Positions 10,638 to 22,285 are shown, counted from the stretch's first letter. The stretch is DNA of 64,000 nucleotides from an uncultured Nitrospinota bacterium (GCA_963707985.1 CAVPRW010000014.1:250869-314868); one strand, 5' to 3'. The notes: generated from the sequence alone by a model not told the origin. Program-made: numbers and translations.

Positions 10638-10979
10638 ATGCAGAGCAAACGCATTGACGACAAAGAAGGCAAGCCCGTTGGCATCCAGAGTCACATCGGT
10701 CGCCGCCCCATCGCTGCGTTCGGCAACTCCGATGGCGACCTGCAAATGCTGCAGTGGACGACCGCTGGCAGCGGGCCGCGCTTCGCATTGATCGTCCATC
10801 ACACTGGCAGCGGGCCGCGCTTCGCATTGATCGTCCATCACAGCGACGCGGCACGCGAATGGGCCTACGACCGCACTTCGCACGTCGGCAAGCTCGACAA
10901 GGCCTGGGACGAAGCCGTTGCCAAAGGCTGGACCGTCGTGAGCATGAAGGACGATTGGAACACGATCTTCCCGAAATGA
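10638..10979 (+). pseudogene. HAD-family acid phosphatase-like protein, C-terminal fragment
   Basis: IDDKEGKPVGI..HIGRRPIAAFGNSDGDLQML, HSDAAREWAYDR, GWTVVSMKDDW; N-terminal DxD motif absent. Confidence 0.85.
10765..10842 (+). repeat. Perfect 39-bp tandem duplication
   Basis: CTGGCAGCGGGCCGCGCTTCGCATTGATCGTCCATCACA x2, giving GSGPRFALIVHH twice in frame. Confidence 0.95.
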
Positions 10980-11110
10980 TCCTGCGGCTCTTTCCTGAGT
11001 GCATACTCCACCGCCTAAAGGATGCCAATACAGGCGTGCAAATACAACTTCTCATTGGTGTTGGAAACTGATAAAAAGAATCGTATTTGACTCAATAGAG
11101 GAGCCGAGAA

Positions 11111-13275
<2,165 letters not shown>

Positions 13276-13284
13276 GAGGCAAGA

Positions 13285-13400
13285 GGTCCGATCGTTGCTC
13301 TCCTGCACTGTACCACATCAATACGCGCGTCTGGCTGACGGAATTATCCCAAAAGCGGGGCCGACTGGCCACGTTGGATGACCTTCCGGACGCCGAATCG
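13285..13400 (+). pseudogene. Alpha-amylase (GH13)-like N-terminal stub
   Basis: PALYHINTRVWLTELSQKRGRLATLDDLPDAE, then unrelated sequence. Confidence 0.65.
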
Positions 13401-13452
13401 GAAATCAGCCGGTGCAGGGATCCCAAAGCGGCGCAGACAGCAGGCAAGACCA

Positions 13453-13528
13453 AAGGCTGGGCTATGCCCAAGGCAATTAGGCGTGTCATACGTGAGCGAT
13501 AGTTTCTGTACGCATCTTGTGTGTACCC
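13453..13528 (+). repeat. 76-bp non-coding repeat, copy 1 (inverted relative to 22210-22285)
   Basis: 71/76 identity by manual alignment to the reverse complement of 22210-22285. Confidence 0.92.
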
Positions 13529-13544
13529 TATGGTATTTCCACAC

Positions 13545-14576
13545 TCATGGGCTCCTCTTCCACGCCTCCAACGCCGCGATGATGACAGATGCGTCCGTGG
13601 CGTCGCTCACGTCGACGGGGTTCGAAATGACCCCTTCATCAAACAAGAACGTGGCGAGGGCCCCGAGTCTCCTGTGAAACGCCGAACCCTTGACTAGCGA
13701 GTAGTCGTACCGGGGATTCGCCCACTCGTAGATCTTGGGTGGCGGAGCCTCTCGATAGATCGTCTCCGCCCACGCCTTCTTCATCTGCATTTCTTCCGCC
13801 AGGGCGCGTACTCCGACCGTAGGGTCCTTTTGCAGGACGTTGTACGCCATGCCTAACGCCCGGAGGAAGCGTACCGCGGTTTCCCTGTGGTCTCGGAGCC
13901 AGTCGCGTCGGGCACTGTAGCTCGCCACGTTGGTGTAGATGCCGAGATCTCCCTCGGTGGCGATGATTCTGGCGTTCGCTTCATGCACCATGCGCTGCAT
14001 CCATGGCTCCCACGCCATGGCGGCGTCAATCTCCTTGTTCGCCATGGCGGCCACCTGCTCGGCAGGCGGCATATGGAGCAGTGTCACTTGATCGGGGCGA
14101 ATGCCGACCTGTCTCAAGAGCATCATCACGCCGTAGTGTGTCGTTGACCCTCTGAAATAGCCGATCCTCTTCCCCCTCAGGTCAGCGGGCGTGTCGATGC
14201 CGCTGTCCTGCCGCGCCACAAAGCCTTCGGCGTAGGCTCCCTCCGAATGGATGCCGATCATCACCCAGTCCACTCCCTGCGACAGTCCGATCAAGAACGG
14301 CACGCTGCCCACAGCGGCCACGTCAATGCTCTGGCTCTGTGCCGCCGCAATCATCGGCGCCCCGGCGACGAACTTCACGTAGCTAGGCGCCAGGCCCGCT
14401 TTCTCAAACAGCTGCAGGTCCCGCGCGGTCAACAGCAGCCAGTCAGCGGTCGTCTGATAGCCGATCGTGATCGGAAGAGGGGTCTGGGCCGATGCCCGGG
14501 GAGGGGTGAAGGCGGATTCCACGGACAGCACGAACAATAGACTAAAGACCACCAACACCGCACTCCGATGCATCAT
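13545..14576 (-). CDS. ABC transporter substrate-binding protein, SsuA/TauA (NMT1/THI5-like) family
   Basis: Signal peptide, ITIGYQ, FVAGAPMIAA, DLRGKRIGYFRGSTTHY, IDAAMAWEPW. Confidence 0.88.
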   Translation of the reverse strand: MMHRSAVLVVFSLLFVLSVESAFTPPRASAQTPLPITIGYQTTADWLLLTARDLQLFEKAGLAPSYVKFVAGAPMIAAAQSQSIDVAAVGSVPFLIGLSQGVDWVMIGIHSEGAYAEGFVARQDSGIDTPADLRGKRIGYFRGSTTHYGVMMLLRQVGIRPDQVTLLHMPPAEQVAAMANKEIDAAMAWEPWMQRMVHEANARIIATEGDLGIYTNVASYSARRDWLRDHRETAVRFLRALGMAYNVLQKDPTVGVRALAEEMQMKKAWAETIYREAPPPKIYEWANPRYDYSLVKGSAFHRRLGALATFLFDEGVISNPVDVSDATDASVIIAALEAWKRSP

Positions 14577-14699
14577 TGGACCCCTACTTGCGGGTCGTGG
14601 AGGATGCCCTGTGCGTCACCCCCGCTAGCCCATGTCCTGTTTGTTCGCAACGGTCAGATCGTGCCCACCCCTGCTAGGGCTCCGCGAACAGACCCTGTC

Positions 14700-15833
14700 T
14701 CACTGCGTTGGGATCGTCAAGATGGGGGTAGCTTCCTTGCTCTCCGTCTCCACGAACGTGAACAAGAACATGAGGAACGAGAACACGTGCTTCGAGGGCA
14801 TGTCCCGGTCGTCGATTGAGAACCAGTGGCCCCGATAGGGCGCGGCCACGAAGGCGTCCCTCGGCCGGTCGGGGGAGCACGCGATCCGGATCAAGGGCGG
14901 GACCGGTCCCTCCGGTCCCAGATCCGCCTCCGGCGTCGGCCCCACCCGTCGCTCCGTCACGTGCGCCTCGGGCACGGAGATCACCGATGAGAGGTCGACA
15001 AGGACCTCGCGGATCGACCGGCTCAGGAGGGCGATCTCCTTGTCGTTGGCGGCCACGGCCCCATACACGACCCGAAATTCCCGCGCGGCGGGGTCCAGGC
15101 CCAGGACGGCCAAGGCGTTGAGGAGCGCGTTTTCGACGGCCGCAGCGAGATGCGGACGCAACACCAGGGTGAGCAGCTCGTCTCTGTCGACACGCTGTCG
15201 TCGGACACCGATGTCGCCCGAGGTCTGGAGCCGACGGAGGTCCTGCAGCAGGACGTAGAATTCGGGGTTGGCCGGCCGGATGTGCTGGAGCTGAACCCGA
15301 CGGTTGTCGACACCGTTCACCGCCTGCACTGCAAGCCGGAACACCACGTCCAGGGGGAAGCCGGCCTGGATGACGTTCAGGATGGCCGACGGCGGAATCG
15401 GCATCATCATCGAGCGTGCGAACCGCTCGCCCACGAGCGGGGCGTAGGTGATGGTCGGGCGGTCGGTAAACTGGCCCTGAGCGCCCAGCCCGATGCTGCT
15501 GTTGGGGACCCCCGGCACGACCGTGTTCGTGTTGAAGATGCTCCCCGCCGCCGAAAATGTGCTCTGCACCGTATAGCCGGTGACGATCTGCCCGACGTCC
15601 AGGAATACGGGGGTGTCGCCGTAGCGCATCTTCACCAGGTTCAGGAGCATCTGGCTCTTCCACGACTCCGCCACGGCCGCCGTATAGTCGAAGCGGTCCC
15701 GGGTCACCGTGCCTGGCCCAATGCCCGAGCATCCCGCCAGCAGCAGGAGTGCCATCAGGACTGACCCAGCCCTCGCGGCCGTGTTGGCCAGGCTGCCAAC
15801 CGCGCGCAGCCGCCGCACGTGGATGCGCGCCAT
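14700..15833 (-). CDS. Conserved hypothetical lipoprotein
   Basis: Lipobox LLLLAGC, then RDRFDY...QMLLNLVKMRYGDTPVFLDV, DRPTITYAPL, YRGHWFSIDDRD..SK, ending PILTIP. Start uncertain; the ORF is open to 15995. Confidence 0.75.
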   Translation of the reverse strand: MARIHVRRLRAVGSLANTAARAGSVLMALLLLAGCSGIGPGTVTRDRFDYTAAVAESWKSQMLLNLVKMRYGDTPVFLDVGQIVTGYTVQSTFSAAGSIFNTNTVVPGVPNSSIGLGAQGQFTDRPTITYAPLVGERFARSMMMPIPPSAILNVIQAGFPLDVVFRLAVQAVNGVDNRRVQLQHIRPANPEFYVLLQDLRRLQTSGDIGVRRQRVDRDELLTLVLRPHLAAAVENALLNALAVLGLDPAAREFRVVYGAVAANDKEIALLSRSIREVLVDLSSVISVPEAHVTERRVGPTPEADLGPEGPVPPLIRIACSPDRPRDAFVAAPYRGHWFSIDDRDMPSKHVFSFLMFLFTFVETESKEATPILTIPTQ

Positions 15834-16689
15834 GCGGGTGATCGCCGTTGCATAAACATCCGGGGCGAAATACTCGTGCGTGCGGCAACGGTCGACGTCG
15901 TCCTGGATCGTCCTCCAGCGCCGCAACGTGGCCACGTGGAGGAAGTGCTCCCGCGTCCTCGGCTTGAGCTTGAGCTCTTGTTGGGCTATCGTCATGGCGG
16001 ATGCCTCGTGGCACGGTTGGTCATATTGATCAGCGGCTGCCGCACATACGACCGGATGCGACCCAGATGAGCGGCAACATGGTTTGCCGATGACGCCTCC
16101 TTGTCCTCGTCACCCCCTAGTACATCCTTCAGATCAGCGCCCTCCAACGGCCTGGTGGTCGCGCGCACGAGCCCCCACCATCCATGGTATACGGCAACCA
16201 ATCGCGTCAAGATGGGCCACTCGCACCATTGAGACCCCCGAAGAAAGAGGGTTTCACATGAGAGTGTAACTATACATACCATGAACTCAATGGGTTAACG
16301 GGACGATACACCATGACAACATGGATAACGCTCTTTGAGAGCAAGCGATTCTTCAGGTGCTACTGCAACCTAGCCACGATGGATAACCGCATGTAAAATT
16401 GGCCTATTTGATGAATGTGGCCCAAGTTCGCACAATGGGTTGCTGTCTACAAAAAGGGCTGTTGTTCTTCCTATCCACCCCCTCCCCAGCCTTCTCAAGT
16501 CGCCCGTCCCGAGGCCGCCACCCCAGGTCATCCCTGAGGCGCTACCCTAGCCCATTCCGAAACACTTGTCCAGACCGTGCTGCACCTTGCTGCGCCCCGC
16601 GCCGGCGGGCTGCCGCAGCGCACTGGGGGCGTGTGTAGAGGGGTGCGCAAGCGGTGGCCACCAAGGAGGCGCAATGAGGGGAGCGTGGC

Positions 16690-16795
16690 AGGGGGGCGCC
16701 ATGCGGTAGTCGACGTTGACGACGGCGTAGTCAGCCTTGTTCGCGATCGAGCGGCAAATCCAGTTGTGGCTATCGAGATCGCCAAGCAGCCAGTC
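16690..16795 (-). pseudogene. Alpha/beta hydrolase (HSL-type esterase) fragment
   Basis: WLLGDLDSHNWICRSIANKADYAVVNVDYRMAP with no flanking continuation. Confidence 0.7.
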
Positions 16796-16943
16796 CGGGA
16801 GCTTCAGACCGCAGCAGCGACTGCGATAGCGTTTCTGTGATGGGTGGGATGGGGCCACCGTATTGTTATCCTCTCTTAACGATTGCCTGCTTGATAGCCG
16901 GCAACGATTGGCTCCATGTCTTCTCTTGCTCCCAGAAACCCTA

Positions 16944-17629
16944 TTAGCGCAACCCGCCCTGAGTTTGGGACCCCACTCGACCACTAGTGAATACGACAGC
17001 GACCGCTAACCAGTCCACGTTTTGCCATAGATAGCTAGCGACATTCGCACTACTGGCGCTTTCCGCCCCAGGACGCCCAATATCTTGACGACCTCTTGAT
17101 AGCTTATTCCCGGTTGAATAGCTTAGTACTAAGCCATGCTGATTGCTGATCGTGTGAGGAGAGCATCCGCTTCCTCCAGCTTCCCTTCGCGCAATAAGGC
17201 TTCGGCCTGTCGTGCGAGTTTCTTGTCCTGGCTCGCCTTGGCTTGCTGGAACAATGTCCGATACTTGTGGGCCCACTCATCGGCTGCACGGATTTTCTCC
17301 TGCAGCGCAAGGTCTTTCTTGTCGAGACGCTCATTGAGCTGCTGCAGAGCCTTGGGGTCTACTCCTTGGCAGATAATTGTGACATTCCCCCTGGTTTGGC
17401 CAATGGCGGGGCTACCGGAACCATGAGTCTGTTGTTCAATCTTCGTGGGTTCTGATAATTTCGGCTTTGGGGCGGTGCGCTAGATGAAGGCCACGCTAAT
17501 GACAGCCATCCCACCAATAATGGCGACGATAATAGGTCCAATAATGGCAGGATTCCTCAACCACCTTTGCTCTAGCCCAGTCTCTCCCTCGGGATGTTTT
17601 GTGGACACGGATTTCCTTGGCGTTGCCAT
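16944..17629 (-). pseudogene. Membrane-anchored protein with C-terminal BLIP-fold/DUF3862-like domain; three nonsense codons and one frameshift
   Basis: GAGGAGG RBS, ATG at 17629, TM segment PAIIGPIIVAIIGGMAVISVAFI, helical linker, then ISMA*Y*AIQPGISYQEVVKILG / RPGAESASS...YLWQN...VVFTSGRVGSQTQGGL. Stops at 17480-82, 17129-31 and 17123-25. Confidence 0.7.
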
Positions 17630-17737
17630 GGTATGATGCCCTCCTCGCTACCCCTCAGAAAGTAGATACTTCCGGCGCTCGAAAAACTTATGGAACGCCA
17701 GATTCACCCGTCCTTGAGCTTATGCCTCCCCTATCAG

Positions 17738-18832
17738 CTACCGGGCTGGGGCCACTTGCACGAGCAAGCTCGGGTTCTGCCCACGGGCAGCGGCCCGGCG
17801 CTGCAACTCATCCCGTATGGCCTGGGGCACATAAACGGTCCACCGGACCGAGTGCTTCAGCTGTTTCAACTCCCACGTGTCAGGGTGGACGGTCGACGGT
17901 GGACGGTCACCAGTGTGCGGCCGGGCCAACCCTGTCCCCAAGGCTTCGAGGCGGGCGAGCACGGGTTGCAGGGCGGCGGTGACGACAGCTTGCAGGTCGG
18001 CTCGAAGATGATCGACGATGTAGGGTAGACGGTTGACGGTGGACCCTCGGCAGAGGCATGCGCCAGCGCCCGCTGACTCGGATAGGAACCGCCCCGCGGC
18101 CGAGGCGGGATCAGCCCGCGCTGTTGCAGGCGATGCGCTCGGGACTGCACCGTGCCGCGGGGGATGCCCAGGCGCTCGGCGATCGCGGCGGTCTCCAGCC
18201 CTCAGTCCACAGGGTGATGAATTCTTGCTCGGCGGGGGGCATGGCATCTGCCCTGCTGGACGGATCAGAAAATCCGGTTCATATCCCTTGCCGGTCGGCC
18301 GATCGTCGCGGGTCAGTTCGAGCGTCGCCGCCTTCACCATACTCCGCCAGGGTTTGCCGGCTGCGATAGCCTGCTCTGCCACCTTGGGCAGCGGCGTGTT
18401 GAGGGCCTGCTGGGTGAGGACGTTCGCCGCGCGCACGAGTGCTTGATGAACCCGCTTGGCCTCATGGCGTTGGTGGACGTTAAGCACGAGCTTCATCTGG
18501 TTGATGCAATCGGTATTGCCGTCCACATAGTATGCGAGATTATTTTTCGGGCCGAGGCCAAGGGGATTGGCGACCGTGCCCAGCTCTTTATAGGGGCTCA
18601 GGCAGTGGAAGAGCTGCTCCCCGTCGTCGCGCCAGTAGCGGTCTGTCATCAGCCCGCCGCTGGGGCTATAGGCGCAGGTAGGGGGAGCCAGTCGATAGAA
18701 CCGCCGGTTGATCAGCTTGCCCTGCCGATTCTCCATTGCGGGCGCGACCTTCGACCTTTCGTCGGACGCGTCTCATGGCGCCGAATGGGCTGCTCCGCTT
18801 GCCGGCGTTCGCGGTATCGACGTTGCCGTTCG
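17738..18832 (-). pseudogene. Mosaic of phage/plasmid-like gene fragments
   Basis: MALNNAERQRRYRERR stub (from ~18850), a NNLAYYVDG...KLVLNV domain fragment, and a ribbon-helix-helix-like tail RWTVYVPQAIRDELQRRAAARGQNPSLLVQ, joined by low-complexity junctions. Confidence 0.45.
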
Positions 18833-18963
18833 GCGTTGTTGAGGGCCATCTCTCCACCTCGCAAGCACGCTGTTGCACACCGTTAGGTAACCGAGCACAC
18901 GTGGTAGTCGGGACAGGCGTTCATAGGCCATGGTCATCCCTTCGAATCTGACGTATACGGGCG

Positions 18964-19233
18964 TTAGTACGATTGCACGGTCTGCCTGATTTGCTCGAGG
19001 TGCCCAGCCATGATGCGCCGCCACATGTCGGCAGGGAGGTCATCCTGTTGCCATAGCGCAACCGTGAGGTCGATCAGGGCGGTCGTGTCTGCCCAGACGT
19101 TGCGCTGCGGTGGGATTTCATGCCCCCTCTCCATATCTGCTTGGTTCGCTTGCATGTGACACCACGTCGACAATCCCTTAAAAAAGGCCAGCGGGTCACG
19201 CGTCAAGTCTTCGAGCTGTTCTGATGTCATCAT
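18964..19233 (-). CDS. Hypothetical protein
   Basis: 89-aa ORF with a purine-rich RBS; no family recognised. Confidence 0.5.
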   Translation of the reverse strand: MMTSEQLEDLTRDPLAFFKGLSTWCHMQANQADMERGHEIPPQRNVWADTTALIDLTVALWQQDDLPADMWRRIMAGHLEQIRQTVQSY

Positions 19234-19359
19234 GGCTCAATCCCCCTTATTGCTCCTAGTGTGCGATAGCCTGTTGCTGGTGCTCCTGGCGTTCAAGCTT
19301 CCATTGGGCTCGCTCATCGTATTGGGCGAACGATTCGCCTGAACATGGGCCACATCAGG

Positions 19360-21399
19360 CTAGGGGAAGAGATGGTAGACGTGAGCCTCAAACTCTGGGC
19401 TGGCCATCACGTCGTCCTCGAGCGCCGCCAGCTCCTCGGCCAGATCGTCCATCCACTCGACCAGGCCCCCCGCATCCGGCTCGCGGGCTAAGAGCGCCCG
19501 GTAGAGCACCGTGACGTGATCGGCCAGCGTGCGCGGCACGCTCAGGTACTCTAGGCTGTTGAAGAAGTCCTCCACGGCCTCGTCGACGGCACACCAGGTG
19601 AGGATGGCCTGCGTCCACCACACCAGCTCGCCGGGGCTGCCCCCTCGCCGCAGGGCGTATTGATACAACCGGCCCACCAGCAGGCTGACGGCTGCCGGAT
19701 CCCGGCAGCTGGGCACCAAGCGCTGGAATTCTGGCGAGTCGAGAAACTCCGGCAGCAGCGTGTTAAAGCGATCCAGGACCGCCTGCACCCACCAATTCAT
19801 CTCCGCTGGCGTTGGCTCCCGCCCCAACATGGCTTGGTAGAGGGCTTCCACATATTGCCAGGGGTTGACGGGGCGCTGGCGAAATTCGGCTCCGTCAAAG
19901 ACCACATGCAGCATCCCCCGTACGGTGTCAGGGGTGGGCTCGGTGGCCAACACATCGACCCAGTAGGCCCCTTCCGAGGCATCAGGGAGGCGTTCCAGGG
20001 CCGCCAGGTAGACGTCGGCGACAAAGTCCTCCAGCTGGGCGAGGCAGGGTCGAGGGTCGGCGGTTGGGCACCCCAGCGCCCGGTAACGCACCAGGAGAAC
20101 GGCGGTGGCATCCATCTCCGAGTATGCGCCGGCCACCACGAGGTTGCTGTCTGCTTGCTGCAGGAGGGCTGTCACCCGACTGGTCCCCCCCACTTGGGTC
20201 GTCACCGTGCCTCTGGTACCGAAGGTCGTGTCCAGCGTGCCATCGGGCAAGGAGCGCGCGAGCAGAATGCTGCCAGCAGAGAAGGGAACACCGCCGATGA
20301 CGAGCTTGCCATCCGGCTGCAGGATTAAAGCTTGCCCTGACCCAGGGGGAGCGGCCACCCCGGCTTGACCGAAGGTGGGATCCAGGCTGCCATTAGGCTG
20401 GAAACGCGCTAGAAACGTGGAGGACGGCCAGGATGGGATGATTGCGAAGCCCATCACCAGCAGCTTGCCGTCGGGTTGTAGGACCAATGCGGAAGGCGTA
20501 TTGTAGTTTGGGTTGCCAGAAACGAAGCGGGAGATGATGACCTTGCCTCCCACGCCAAAGGAGTTATCCAGGTTCCCATCAGGAAGGTAGCGGGCCAAGA
20601 TTGTAGCGCTGTTGCCCGGCACTTGGACTGCACCCGCGACTACCGGCTTGCCATCCGGCTGTAGGACCAACCGCACACTTGTTCCGCCAAAGCCACCAAA
20701 AGTCGTCACCACTTTGCCCCCGGCACCAAAAGTGGCGTCGGGGTGCCCATCGGGCCGATAGCGGGCCAGCAGAATTCGACCAGTGGAGGGGCCAGCCACC
20801 AGGAGGTTACCATCAGGCTGCAACACCAGCGCACTGGCCCGAGCACCGCCTTCGAAGTCCGTGGTCACGATCCCCCCACTCCCGAAGGTGGGGTCCAGAT
20901 CCCCCTCGGGCCCGTAGCGCACCAGCAGCACATCGCAAGGCCCACACACCGAGGCAGAGGCATTGGAAAAGCCCGCCACCAGCAGCTTGCCGTCAGGTTG
21001 GAGGGCCATGGCATTGGCCCCACTGCTACCGCCAACCGTGGTGATGACCTTCCCTCCTGGGCCAAAGGCGGTATCCAACTGACCGTCGGGCTGGTAGCGC
21101 ACGAGCATGACGTGATCGCGGCCATCACCTGCAGACGTTCCCGCCACCACCAGCTTCCCGTCAGCCTGCTGGATGAGGGCATTGGCGGTGTCCTGTGGTC
21201 CAAAGGTGATGCTAATCCCTCCAGTCCCGAAGGTGGGGTCGAGATCCCCCGGGGCCGCGTATCCAACGCCCGCCCCGCTCAGCCCCAGCAGTACGGCCAC
21301 CACTAAGCTCAGTCCCCAGGTTCGGCAATCCAGAGCCGCGAGCCCCTTCGTGTGGATGATGCGTCGCACGCCACTTCCTCCCACGGTGCCCTGAGTCAT
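19360..21399 (-). CDS. Secreted delta-60 repeat (beta-propeller) protein with C-terminal DUF4214-like repeats
   Basis: Signal peptide; ~7 repeats of LQPDGKLVVAG...LARY.PDG.LD.TFG.GG.V; C-terminal repeats such as LYQAMLGREP, YWV, FLDSPEF, LYRALLAREPD. Confidence 0.92.
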   Translation of the reverse strand: MTQGTVGGSGVRRIIHTKGLAALDCRTWGLSLVVAVLLGLSGAGVGYAAPGDLDPTFGTGGISITFGPQDTANALIQQADGKLVVAGTSAGDGRDHVMLVRYQPDGQLDTAFGPGGKVITTVGGSSGANAMALQPDGKLLVAGFSNASASVCGPCDVLLVRYGPEGDLDPTFGSGGIVTTDFEGGARASALVLQPDGNLLVAGPSTGRILLARYRPDGHPDATFGAGGKVVTTFGGFGGTSVRLVLQPDGKPVVAGAVQVPGNSATILARYLPDGNLDNSFGVGGKVIISRFVSGNPNYNTPSALVLQPDGKLLVMGFAIIPSWPSSTFLARFQPNGSLDPTFGQAGVAAPPGSGQALILQPDGKLVIGGVPFSAGSILLARSLPDGTLDTTFGTRGTVTTQVGGTSRVTALLQQADSNLVVAGAYSEMDATAVLLVRYRALGCPTADPRPCLAQLEDFVADVYLAALERLPDASEGAYWVDVLATEPTPDTVRGMLHVVFDGAEFRQRPVNPWQYVEALYQAMLGREPTPAEMNWWVQAVLDRFNTLLPEFLDSPEFQRLVPSCRDPAAVSLLVGRLYQYALRRGGSPGELVWWTQAILTWCAVDEAVEDFFNSLEYLSVPRTLADHVTVLYRALLAREPDAGGLVEWMDDLAEELAALEDDVMASPEFEAHVYHLFP

Positions 21400-21446
21400 C
21401 CCGGTCCTCCCCTCGCACTGATGGCGCCCCTCGTCAGGCCTGCCCC

Positions 21447-21476
21447 CGGGTCATTCCCCGCACGCGCGGGGAACGT
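21447..21476 (-). repeat. Solitary palindromic unit resembling a type I-E CRISPR repeat (alternatively a REP-like element)
   Basis: Minus strand ACGTTCCCCGCGCGTGCGGGGAATGACCCG versus the E. coli I-E repeat G(A/T)GTTCCCCGCGCCAGCGGGGATAAACCG; single copy only. Confidence 0.55.
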
Positions 21477-21516
21477 GCCAATGTGATCATTAGCGACTTC
21501 TGTTCTATGACATGGA

Positions 21517-21951
21517 TTAGGCCTCCGGCCAGAAGTCGGCATCTGGTACCTGCGCCACCGGCCACGGGCAGACCTCGGGGAACGTCGTCAGGGGCAGGTC
21601 GGATTCGTCGGCCGCGTCCTCGCGAGCGTGGCGATAGGCGATGGCGAAATACTGCGCGGGGTAGTGCTGGAGGTGGCCAAGCGCCCGCTTGGCAATGTCG
21701 AGGCGCGCGTTGCGGATCGTGATCCGCCAACCCCGCCGTGGTTCGGTTGCCGGGTCATAGCGCCACTTCAGCAGGTGCGTCAGCAGGTTCTGCAGGTGAC
21801 TCTCGATGGCGTAGCGCTCGCTGCGTCCCAAGCTCTCGATCTCCTCGGCCAGGTTGGCCCAGTCCAGGGTGTCCCACTTGCCGTCCCGCAGCGCGGCGGC
21901 CTGGGCCTGCGTCCAGGCGTAGAAATCGGTCTCATAGGTCGGGGTGGTCAT
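21517..21951 (-). CDS. DUF29 domain protein
   Basis: YETDFYAWTQAQAAALR, LDWANLAEEIESLGRSE, LLTHLLKW, FPEVCPW. Confidence 0.95.
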   Translation of the reverse strand: MTTPTYETDFYAWTQAQAAALRDGKWDTLDWANLAEEIESLGRSERYAIESHLQNLLTHLLKWRYDPATEPRRGWRITIRNARLDIAKRALGHLQHYPAQYFAIAYRHAREDAADESDLPLTTFPEVCPWPVAQVPDADFWPEA

Positions 21952-22217
21952 ACATCCTCCTTCGGTGGGGTCGACGGGAGGCTCTCACGGGGTTTCCGTC
22001 CCTGGCGCTTCGGCGGGGTGGCGCAGGTGACCTGCATCACGACCTCAACAGGCACGCCGAAGGTCTCATGAATCCGGCGCAATCGCTCCAGGTTGAGGGC
22101 GACCTCGCCGCGCCAGAGCAGCCAGGCATACTGCTTACGCAGGCCGAGCCCGCAGACCAGGTCCGCCAGGGTGGCAACGCCGTAGTCGGGTAACACGTCG
22201 TGCAAGATGGGGTACAC
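21948..22217 (-). CDS. Small XRE/Cro-like HTH protein (start uncertain)
   Basis: TLADLVCGLGLRKQYAWLLWRG...LRRIHETFGVPVEVVM; ATGA overlap with DUF29. Confidence 0.6.
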   Translation of the reverse strand: MYPILHDVLPDYGVATLADLVCGLGLRKQYAWLLWRGEVALNLERLRRIHETFGVPVEVVMQVTCATPPKRQGRKPRESLPSTPPKEDV

Positions 22218-22285
22218 ACAAGATTCGCACAGAAACTAGCGCTCACGTATGACACGCCTAATTGCCCTGGGGATAGCCCAGCCTT
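22210..22285 (-). repeat. 76-bp non-coding repeat, copy 2
   Basis: Reverse complement matches 13453-13528 with 5 mismatches. Confidence 0.92.

Noticed and set aside
21395..21480. A two-repeat CRISPR mini-array
   Set aside because: The second candidate (GTGCGAGGGGAGGACCGG) is only ~45 nt away rather than ~61, lacks the stem, and doubles as the delta-60 RBS.
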